The notes below the pieces were generated by a model. It did not search any database, was not told the DNA's origin, and saw nothing but the letters and a program-made list of their open reading frames with translations. The position numbers were made by a program, and so were the translations under genes. A stretch of 64,000 nt of DNA from Candidatus Freyarchaeum deiterrae. GTDB taxonomy: Archaea; Asgardarchaeota; Jordiarchaeia; Jordiarchaeales; Jordiarchaeaceae. Shown here piece after piece: positions 9,865-17,844 of the stretch; positions within the stretch are counted from its first letter, which is position 1; each line of letters starts with the position of its first letter. The stretch lies in the NCBI GenBank assembly GCA_037305845.1, contig CP147778.1:3104001-3168000 (forward strand), read 5' to 3'.

Positions 9865-10512
9865 ATGTCGGAAAGCGAAATTTTAGAAAAGTTATCTCAA
9901 GCATTAACAAACGGTGACGACTTACTCGCTGCAGACCTTGCAAAGCAAGCACTTAAAAAAGGAATTTCCGCCATCGATATACTGAACAAGGGATGCACAC
10001 CGGGAATGCTCAAAGCCGGAGAAATGTACGCGTCCGGGCTCGGAGGGGCCTCACTCACCGACCTTCTAATGAGCGGCGAATCCATGCAGGCGGTACTCGC
10101 AGTGATCAGGCCCTACCTGAAAGCAGAAAAAGCTGAAGCAGCTGGCAGACTAGTTATCGGAATGATAGAGGGAGACCTGCACACCATAGGAAAATCCGTT
10201 GTTGTTTCAATGTTTGAATCTGCTGGCTGGGCAGTCACAGATTTAGGCGAAGATGTACCCGCAGAAAAATTCATCGAAGCCGCCAAAAGAGAAAAGGCAA
10301 ACATAATTGGCGCAGCATCCGCAATTTCCGGCTGTCTAGACAAGCTAAAAACATTGAAGGAAATGATTGATAAGGAGAATCTTTCCGTCAAATACCTGGT
10401 AGGCGGATGGGCAACAGGCCCCGAATTCGCCAAATCTATTGGTGCCTACTTTGCGAGAGACGCTTTAGCAGCAGTACAATTAGCCTCAGAACTAATAGAA
10501 GAGGCTGAATAA
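9865..10512 (+). CDS. Corrinoid (cobalamin-binding) methyl-carrier protein, MtaC/MttC-like
   Basis: N-terminal helical cap domain, then EGDLHTIGK (DxHxxG), DLGEDVP, LVGG. Confidence 0.93.
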   Translation: MSESEILEKLSQALTNGDDLLAADLAKQALKKGISAIDILNKGCTPGMLKAGEMYASGLGGASLTDLLMSGESMQAVLAVIRPYLKAEKAEAAGRLVIGMIEGDLHTIGKSVVVSMFESAGWAVTDLGEDVPAEKFIEAAKREKANIIGAASAISGCLDKLKTLKEMIDKENLSVKYLVGGWATGPEFAKSIGAYFARDALAAVQLASELIEEAE

Positions 10513-10533
10513 AAAGAGTAGAGGTATAGAAAA

Positions 10534-11910
10534 ATGCCCGAAGGTGAAGAATACTTATCTTGGTATAAGAAGCCCGAGCCATACACCACCGTCTCTGATA
10601 AGCCGACCGAAGCCGGTGGAAAGAAGGCGGCTCCTTGGTGCGACTACACCTACAGCGAATGGGAAATATACGAGAAACAGAAGATACCCGACTGGTATTG
10701 GAACTTCAAACCCCCAGAATGGTCTGAGGAAGAGCAGGTCATAATGGAGCGAATAATGCTCAAGCTACAGGAAAATATCGCCAAAGAAAAAATGACCCCA
10801 TTGGACAGATATTGGGCTACTGCCTATGGTGTAGAAAGAGACCGTTGCCCTGTGATGGGAGGCAACTACGCACTTGCAACCAACTCCCCGAGACTATTAG
10901 ACTCCTATGGTGTAATTTTGAAGGGAGTGGACTTTCACAGGTATCCTAAACTACACATACTGGGAACCACTATGGCTGTGGCGAGGTTCGCTACAGACAT
11001 CATATTCACCCACAAAATCACTTACTCTGAAGCCGAGTGGGGTGGACATGTTTACTTGAAGGAAACCTCTGCTCCTGTGTGTAGAAGCTCCGGAGCAATG
11101 GAAACAGGCTTCAAGGTTCCATTTCTACCGTACCGAACTGCGCCTTTCCTCTCACACAAAATACCAGAAGCAGACTACGGAGCTTACGCCCACCAGTTAT
11201 GGGAAATCAGAACCATCAAGGAGTATCTCAGAAAAGCAGGACTCTGGGGAGTACTGCCCCTCATGACAAACACCTGCGTAGGTCCCATAGGTACAGCTGG
11301 AGCAGCCATCGGTCCCACTCTGGGTATTCGAGAGAGAGCCATAATGTATAAGCGAAATCCTGAATGGTACCACATGTGTATGAGAGAGGCTCTCAGATTC
11401 TGCATAAGACACCACAGAGCAGTAAGGGACGCTGGCACGGACATAATGTTCTTCTGTGACGGTCTTAACACCATGGGAACGGATATGACCGCAGACCTAA
11501 TACCATACCACGTGGATTTGTGCAAGGAAGTCCACTGGCCCCCAGGAGGAACATGTATAACCGGTGGAGACTTCCGTCGCCATGTGGACATCATACTTCA
11601 GGCACACGGAAAATACGCATACTTGGTGGGCAGCGACCACGTGTGGCCGATACAGGATGCCCTTAAAACAGCTCTCCAATATGACAAGATGTGGTTCGAC
11701 TTCCCGGACTGGGATAAGATTAAGGCGGCTAAACTTGAGGATATCGCTGCCTATGAGAAAGAGAGATTCAAGATTGCCTGTGAGGATCCGAAGAGCAAGT
11801 ACTGGAACCCCGGACCGGCTGACTACTGGATACCCATGGAAAATTATCAAGCTTGGGCGGATGCATCTAAAAAGTACGGCTCCTACCCTAATGGCTGGGA
11901 ACAACCGTAA
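10534..11910 (+). CDS. Highly divergent UroD/MtaA-fold methyltransferase with Trp-rich N-terminal extension
   Basis: MTPLDRY...ERDRCPV resembles the MT.xER...DRxPV start of the family; SEAEWGG resembles EAEAxG; GPIGTA resembles GPfT.A; lies directly after the corrinoid gene. Confidence 0.65.
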   Translation: MPEGEEYLSWYKKPEPYTTVSDKPTEAGGKKAAPWCDYTYSEWEIYEKQKIPDWYWNFKPPEWSEEEQVIMERIMLKLQENIAKEKMTPLDRYWATAYGVERDRCPVMGGNYALATNSPRLLDSYGVILKGVDFHRYPKLHILGTTMAVARFATDIIFTHKITYSEAEWGGHVYLKETSAPVCRSSGAMETGFKVPFLPYRTAPFLSHKIPEADYGAYAHQLWEIRTIKEYLRKAGLWGVLPLMTNTCVGPIGTAGAAIGPTLGIRERAIMYKRNPEWYHMCMREALRFCIRHHRAVRDAGTDIMFFCDGLNTMGTDMTADLIPYHVDLCKEVHWPPGGTCITGGDFRRHVDIILQAHGKYAYLVGSDHVWPIQDALKTALQYDKMWFDFPDWDKIKAAKLEDIAAYEKERFKIACEDPKSKYWNPGPADYWIPMENYQAWADASKKYGSYPNGWEQP

Positions 11911-11943
11911 AAATTAGTATGACTACTATAAGCGAGGTGAAAT

Positions 11944-12339
11944 ATGGTGGCTACTGCAGAAATGACTGATGCGTGTTTTCAACACAGTGCTAAAAGAATC
12001 AAAGCCATGGCCGAGGAAGGATATGGTGAAGGATGGGAACCCTTCAAAATGTGTTTCTGGATGAGAGACCTGAACAGGGGATACCTGTTTACATTTAAAA
12101 AGGACGGCGTACTTGAAAACACGGAAATAGTGACCAAGGAACCAACAGGCATAAATGCTGTGGTCATAATGTCCAGCGATGATTGGGTCGGCCAGCACAC
12201 GAAAGAAGTGGATTTATCTGAGAAATACTTTTCTGGAGAAATGCAAGTCAAGGGCGATGTCGCTGTTCTACAACAGTACAAAACCTTTGAGTCCTTCGAA
12301 CCATATTACCCGCCTGGTCACCCCAAATACAAAAAATAA
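11944..12339 (+). CDS. SCP2 (sterol carrier protein 2)-like domain protein
   Basis: C-terminal MSSDDW...DLSEKYFSGEMQVKGD matches the SCP2 D...afxxGklkvxGD signature; GAGGTGA SD. Confidence 0.7.
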   Translation: MVATAEMTDACFQHSAKRIKAMAEEGYGEGWEPFKMCFWMRDLNRGYLFTFKKDGVLENTEIVTKEPTGINAVVIMSSDDWVGQHTKEVDLSEKYFSGEMQVKGDVAVLQQYKTFESFEPYYPPGHPKYKK

Positions 12340-12493
12340 TCAAGCAAACATCTACCAGAGAATTCCACCAAACTCCTTTCAACATTTTTTTCTTCTAAAA
12401 ATAAGATAAATAGTGATAATGAAAATTATGCGAAAGCCAAATTTATTTTATGGATTAGAATCTTTAAAAATTTAAATAGAGGTGTGATTCTGC

Positions 12494-12673
12494 ATGGCTA
12501 AAGTAGCAAAATGTGCAAAATGTAAATCTGATAAAATCCAGAAAAAAGAAGTTTCGGTTCCCTCAATACTTGAGGTGGGAAGAAATTTTCCGGCTGATGC
12601 ATATGTCTGTTTAAATTGTGGATATGCGGAATTTTATTTTAGGGAACTCGATTACACAACCCGAACACACTAA
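12494..12673 (+). CDS. Small zinc-ribbon protein, 59 aa (below the ORF-track cutoff)
   Basis: Translated by hand: MAKVAKCAKC...AYVCLNCGYAEFY...; two CxxC pairs; GAGGTG SD. Confidence 0.8.
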   Translation: MAKVAKCAKCKSDKIQKKEVSVPSILEVGRNFPADAYVCLNCGYAEFYFRELDYTTRTH

Positions 12674-12742
12674 AAGAGTAGAGACAGCGGAAAATAATAC
12701 ATAAAAGGTTTACAAAATAAAATAAACAGTTCAGGGATTAGA

Positions 12743-13267
12743 ATGGCCAAAGTCGCAAAAATAGGAGAAATGTTCTTTCCACTAGAACTTTACTATTCAC
12801 ACAATAAGAGAGGTCATACCTGGATAAAAAAAATGGATGATGGAAATCTACAGATAGGCTTGGACTACTACGGCGCTATACCCATGATGATTACAACAAT
12901 ATCTCATCCCCTGCCTTACGTTATTGAACTTCCTCCAGCAGGAACTCAACTCAAACAGGATCAGCCCTACGGTCTTCTAGAAACCGTAAAGTATATTGGA
13001 CCATTCTATGCACCACTAACCGGAACCATTGTTAAAATTAATCCGGATAGAGTATCCTCACCACCCCATAATATTAGAAATTCATACGTAGACGGTTGGT
13101 TCCTTATTCTCAAACCCGCAAATTACGAAAAGGAAATAAAAAATCTTCTAACCGGCGAAGAGGCAGTAAAGTGGATTATTAAAGATATAATCGAGTACTC
13201 GGAAGCGGAAGACGAAGAACTCACAAAACAAGCAAAGCAAGGCTACACCATTGAGGAAATGAAGTAA
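12743..13267 (+). CDS. Glycine cleavage H-protein-like lipoyl carrier
   Basis: YY...HTWI...IGLDYY, LPPAG..L....PYGLLETVK (lipoylation Lys) YIGP.YAPLTGTI..IN, Y.DGW. Confidence 0.85.
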   Translation: MAKVAKIGEMFFPLELYYSHNKRGHTWIKKMDDGNLQIGLDYYGAIPMMITTISHPLPYVIELPPAGTQLKQDQPYGLLETVKYIGPFYAPLTGTIVKINPDRVSSPPHNIRNSYVDGWFLILKPANYEKEIKNLLTGEEAVKWIIKDIIEYSEAEDEELTKQAKQGYTIEEMK

Positions 13268-13312
13268 CCTTAATTTACCAAAACATTCTCTTTTTCGTAT
13301 ATTTCTAAAACG

Positions 13313-13795
13313 TTAATCAGCTGACTCCCTTTTTATTACAAGTATCGTAATATTTTCTGATTTACTCTCAATGGTTCTTTTAAACTCTTCTGGATTTTTT
13401 ATAACCTCGTCACTATCGTAGACTAGAAAAAGGACATTTCTATACATGCTACTGAAAGCTGGAATGTGTGAAATTATTGCCGGCACTGCTACCTGTAAAT
13501 CCTCCTCATTTCTGACCAGTTTTACCTCCATAGCCAGCAATCCACCCAAAAGAATGAAATCCACGTTATGGGCACCCATATAACCCTGTATAATCTGGTC
13601 ACGCAGAAGAGTAGGATCAAAGGATAAGCAAATGTCCCTGACACTATCCTTCAAATCCTCCTCATCCCCGAAGTCTTTCATCCCTTTACTCAACTCTACT
13701 TTCAACATATAAACTATTTTTTGAACCTGATCCTCACCCTTCGACTTCTCAGAAAAATATTTAGAAAAATCTTTGAAAGACATTCTGCAACCCAC
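13313..13795 (-). CDS. PD-(D/E)xK nuclease-like domain protein
   Basis: VDFIL....AMEVK motif followed by FLVYD. Confidence 0.55.
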   Translation of the reverse strand: MGCRMSFKDFSKYFSEKSKGEDQVQKIVYMLKVELSKGMKDFGDEEDLKDSVRDICLSFDPTLLRDQIIQGYMGAHNVDFILLGGLLAMEVKLVRNEEDLQVAVPAIISHIPAFSSMYRNVLFLVYDSDEVIKNPEEFKRTIESKSENITILVIKRESAD

Positions 13796-13839
13796 TAAAT
13801 CTTACCTTAATTTCGTTATATAAAGTTAGTCGATACGGA

Positions 13840-15456
13840 TTATAAATTGACTTGGGGTGCAGCCCTTTTCTCCGCACACCACTCTTCTTGCGTCTTGCCA
13901 AATTTATCCTCTATCTGCTGTCTATAAATGTTGTTGTAGGTACAAAATGGAATTATTCTGCCATCGGGAGTAGGATAGTTAATGTCGCAATACTGGATTC
14001 GCTCCAAGTCAAGATTGTAAGGATCCATAAAATGCATCAAACCCAACATAATCACGTTGTGCATGAAGTTTCTCAGAGAGCTGTAACTACCCCTTTTTAG
14101 AAACATTGATGTGAGATCCTTAATCAACCCCTTCTTCTTGATGTGCCTAAGGGAACCCGCTAGTTTAAGTTTAGCACGTACACTTGCAAACTGCTTTCCT
14201 TCAGCGTAGAGATTACATATGTCCCCCAGAACATTCAAGATTTTATCTATATCAATAACCTCAGTAATCGGATAATAGGAACCATCATTTCTGAGAAACA
14301 AGAAGCTCGCCATACCGCACGCAAAATGCGCGCTCAGCTCAAGCTCCGGACTTCCCTTGATAAGCCCCAACGCCCTTCCTAGCAGAACCATTGAAGGAAT
14401 AGTATACCAATCGGCTACCTTGATCTTCCCGGCGGTCTGCTCTTCAATGAGATGTATTACTTCTGGTATAGTGATACGCATCTTTCGGAGTTCTTCGTGG
14501 TCGATTCGGCCAGTAATGCTTACGGGCTGAAAGTTGACGCATCGAACAATGTCTCGGTTCTCCAATGCAAACTGAATAATCTGTCCCACTTGGTTGTCGT
14601 TGACACCCTTCATAATTGTTGGTACTAATATGACACCATCCAGACCCGCTTCCTCACAGTTATTCAATACCTTCTGCTTAATAGGCCTCAGATCCACGTT
14701 TCTCGCAGCTAAGTATGGTTCAGCTGTTACGCCGTCAAACTGAAGATATATAGTGTTTAGACCAGCTTCCACAAGCTCACGTACATAATCGATGCTCTTG
14801 GCCATTCTGATTCCGTTGGTAGCAATCATAATATGATTGAAGCCGAGTCCTTTAGCCCACTTAACATATTGCGGCAGATTCTCGCTTAGTGTAGGCTCAC
14901 CACCAGCGAACTGAATTCCCGGACAAGGTACAGGCAAGTTATGCCGGAGATTCTTCATCATCTTAAGCACTTCTTCTGGAGTCGGCTCATAAACGGTTCC
15001 AGAATCACCAGCATTGGCGAAGCAGATTGGACAACTCAAATTACATCTATTGGTTACATCGATTATAGCCAGAGCGGTGTGCGACCTGTGATTAGGACAC
15101 TGACCGCAGTCCTTCGGACAGCCCTCAATAGACTCGGTTCTTGGGTTGTCAATACCTATCGACTTATACCAGTATGGCATAACACGTTTGAACATCTCTG
15201 CATCCGACCAATACACATCCACAAACTCACCATGTTTGTCGCAGGCCTTCTTCATCATAACCTTGCCATCTTCTTCATAGACCGTAGCATCTATAACCGT
15301 CACTACTTCATCTTCGAGTTTACACAAGGGGCAAATTGACTTGGTCTGATAGGGCAGTACCCGAACAGGATGCTTCTCAACGCGATATCGGGAGAGATCC
15401 TTATCCTTGTGTGTGGGTAAAACTTCAGGCACAGGTTTAATCCCCGTTGTTCCCAT
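13840..15456 (-). CDS. tes: Tetraether lipid synthase (Tes/GDGT-MAS, MJ0619 family radical SAM)
   Basis: N-terminal CPLC..C..HG, CPKDCGQCPNH, DVTNRCNLSCPICFANA, GGEPT, YLQFDG, NFQPVS, H.ACG, MHFMD, TPDGRIIPFC. Confidence 0.87.
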   Translation of the reverse strand: MGTTGIKPVPEVLPTHKDKDLSRYRVEKHPVRVLPYQTKSICPLCKLEDEVVTVIDATVYEEDGKVMMKKACDKHGEFVDVYWSDAEMFKRVMPYWYKSIGIDNPRTESIEGCPKDCGQCPNHRSHTALAIIDVTNRCNLSCPICFANAGDSGTVYEPTPEEVLKMMKNLRHNLPVPCPGIQFAGGEPTLSENLPQYVKWAKGLGFNHIMIATNGIRMAKSIDYVRELVEAGLNTIYLQFDGVTAEPYLAARNVDLRPIKQKVLNNCEEAGLDGVILVPTIMKGVNDNQVGQIIQFALENRDIVRCVNFQPVSITGRIDHEELRKMRITIPEVIHLIEEQTAGKIKVADWYTIPSMVLLGRALGLIKGSPELELSAHFACGMASFLFLRNDGSYYPITEVIDIDKILNVLGDICNLYAEGKQFASVRAKLKLAGSLRHIKKKGLIKDLTSMFLKRGSYSSLRNFMHNVIMLGLMHFMDPYNLDLERIQYCDINYPTPDGRIIPFCTYNNIYRQQIEDKFGKTQEEWCAEKRAAPQVNL

Positions 15457-15615
15457 AAACAAAAACCCTCCATAGATAATGATATGGATAATAACGGCGT
15501 TTTATATTTTAAAAGATTATGTTCGTTAATGAGCGTTTCAATGACTTATTTCATTTTATAATACTAGCCATAGTGAATCCTAAACTGGATACTCCTATCA
15601 TTAGTCCCCCTAACC

Positions 15616-16022
15616 TCATCTTAGCTTATCGCCCAGCTTACCTGATACAAATTTTTTGATTTTTATACACAACTCCACTGCTTCTTTAGCTTTGTCTATT
15701 GTTATTTCCTCATCAAGTACACCAGGATATCTTATTTCAACCGCGTAGGGTGTAAGTTTTTCTCCCATTTCCGAGATTTTTTTAAAACTCTTATCTATTT
15801 ATGCGGCTAATAGTATAAGGTCACCTAAATTATGAGTTTTTCAAATTCTATTCCGTGATATATGAGGAACGCTTTCAAATATTTTTCAGCACATTGCTGA
15901 GCATGGAAACAAATAATATCCAATGGTGGCTCGGGCAGTATATTCAATAAATTTTCAGCTGTAATTAAATCATTCTCTGCCTTCTTTATCCAAAATTTCA
16001 CAAGATCAATCTTTTCTTTCAT
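15616..16022 (-). pseudogene. HEPN domain protein (MNT-HEPN pair), disrupted
   Basis: ICFHAQQCAEKYLKA; 1-nt frameshift in an A-run at ~15840; continues KTHNL..., in-frame TAA at ~15800, then LTPYAVEIRYP. Confidence 0.85.
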
Positions 16023-16359
16023 AGACTACTCGCCCTTTCCTCACAATCGTCGTTATGAACGCCTGAGAAACATTCTCCCATTCCTTTACCATCCTTGGAG
16101 TTACAACCACAATGTTCTTTGGAATAAGAATCCCCGTAAGGGCACTATAAGCCTTAACCGTCATATCGTATTTGGGGATGCTGTCGTCATCAATAACGAT
16201 AAGGATGTCGAGATCACTTCCTCTGTGAGGTTTACCATATGCCCAAGAACCAAAAAGAATTATCTTCAACGGATTCAAAACACTTAGAATCCTCTTCACA
16301 ACCTCTTTTACCAGTTTCTCATCCACTTTTTCAACTTTTACCAATTCAACCTTATCCAC
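16006..16359 (-). CDS. Minimal nucleotidyltransferase (MNT) antitoxin
   Basis: IILFGSWAYG....SDLDILIV; overlaps the HEPN start. Confidence 0.9.
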   Translation of the reverse strand: MDKVELVKVEKVDEKLVKEVVKRILSVLNPLKIILFGSWAYGKPHRGSDLDILIVIDDDSIPKYDMTVKAYSALTGILIPKNIVVVTPRMVKEWENVSQAFITTIVRKGRVVYERKD

Positions 16360-16983
16360 TTTTCACGCACTCCATCACTCTAACTTCAAAACCTCTACTT
16401 TTATTAACAGTCGGCACAACCTCCAGATACAGCCAAGTTCCAATTAGATTCTTAACACATGGAACATAACATCAGGACGCACCTGCGACGCTTGTCATCC
16501 AAACCCACACGTGAATCAATATCAATGAACTTCGCACAAACACCACTAACATTTAATTTTTCGGTCACACAAAGAACTAATTAAACTAAGTGAACAATAA
16601 CATATTTAAATAAATAGCTCTTCCTGTAAGAACCGCCATACGGCGGAGAGATAAGATGGAAGAAAAACTTGAAGAAGGATTTTGATGTTACCCACGCCCT
16701 CAAAGCTTCTAAGAACATGGAAAGACTAGGGGCTAAAACAACTGGTGAATGGTCAGGTGTAAAGGAGACAAGGAAATGGAGAGAATTCAGAAGTTGAATT
16801 TGAAAAATCTCCACAGTTTCTTCAATTTCTAAAATACTACATAAACAAATTGATAACTCAAGGTGTAAATTTTTAAAGTGAAAATGCGTTTCTTACACTT
16901 ATTAGGCAAATTTGCTTTTCATCTATTCAACTTAAATTCTAGAAAACTCTTGGAAGAACGGAAAGAAAGGAGGCTGTTAAGCC

Positions 16984-17190
16984 ATGAATGAAGTCAAGAA
17001 GTGCCCCGAGTGTGGTGGAGAACTTGAAAAGGGTTTCGTACATGTTCCACGAGGACTTTTTTGGGACACGAAGGAACATAAATATGGTATTGGCTCTTCA
17101 GAAAGATTACTGTCTTCGTGGTCTTGGACTATGCCGAGAGCTAGCGGTTTGATATGTAAGAACTGCAGACTTGTTCTATTTCATTATTGA
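16984..17190 (+). CDS. Small zinc-ribbon protein, copy 1
   Basis: CPECGGELEKG...CKNCRLVLFHY; GGAGG SD. Confidence 0.8.
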   Translation: MNEVKKCPECGGELEKGFVHVPRGLFWDTKEHKYGIGSSERLLSSWSWTMPRASGLICKNCRLVLFHY

Positions 17191-17216
17191 AAAAAGTGCA
17201 AAGCTATTATGCCAAC

Positions 17217-17321
17217 CTATATGACCTGTGGTTTGAATTCTCCAAATACCTCCCTTTACACTTCGCACATTTCTCCAAGTGTTGCGTAGGCTTTAACCGT
17301 CTCTATTAGGGTTAGCATTAG
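17217..17321 (-). pseudogene. Relic copy of the 3' end of the methylmalonyl-CoA mutase gene
   Basis: Translates [33 protein letters not shown]; the intact gene ends [34 protein letters not shown]. Confidence 0.9.
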
Positions 17322-17466
17322 AAAGGTTTCTGAAGAAGTTGTGGTTTTTTTCGAAGGAGGATTCTCATAGATATTCTCCAATTCAGAAAGGCTTATGAAA
17401 GGTTAAACTCAATTGAAAACTTATACTGGGAAACTCTTGGAATAACAAAAAAGAAGGTGGTAATCT

Positions 17467-17673
17467 ATTAGTGAAATTAGAAAATGTCCTAAATGCGGTG
17501 GAGAACTTGAAGAAGGGTTCATAATTTGTTCGCATGGTATTTATTGGGATATCAAGAAACACCAACTTGCAGCACGCGCTTCGGATGTAATAGTACCTTT
17601 GGGATGGTGGACTGCGCGGAACACTCTAAGCTTGAGATGCAGGAAATGCAGACTTATTCTATTTAACTATTGA
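17467..17673 (+). CDS. Small zinc-ribbon protein, copy 2 (ATT in place of ATG)
   Basis: ISEIRKCPKCGGELEEG...CRKCRLILFNY; same 207 nt length as copy 1; in-frame TAA just upstream. Confidence 0.7.
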   Translation: MSEIRKCPKCGGELEEGFIICSHGIYWDIKKHQLAARASDVIVPLGWWTARNTLSLRCRKCRLILFNY

Positions 17674-17844
17674 AGTGGATGTTAATCCCTGAATAAGAAC
17701 TAAATTAGAAAATTTACTAGTGTAACGTAGAAGTTGAACTAAAGTCGATTACAGCCTTATTATGTGGTATCCTTCAAAAAGAAATACGAAATCTAATTGA
17801 GCAAGGGTTATATCATTTTTTTCTCTTCCATTGTAAGATTGCGG

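Noticed and set aside
16640-16800. Possible third degenerate Zn-ribbon copy (gaaaaacttgaagaaggattt)
   Set aside because: Similarity is limited to about 20 nt and no Cys motifs remain.
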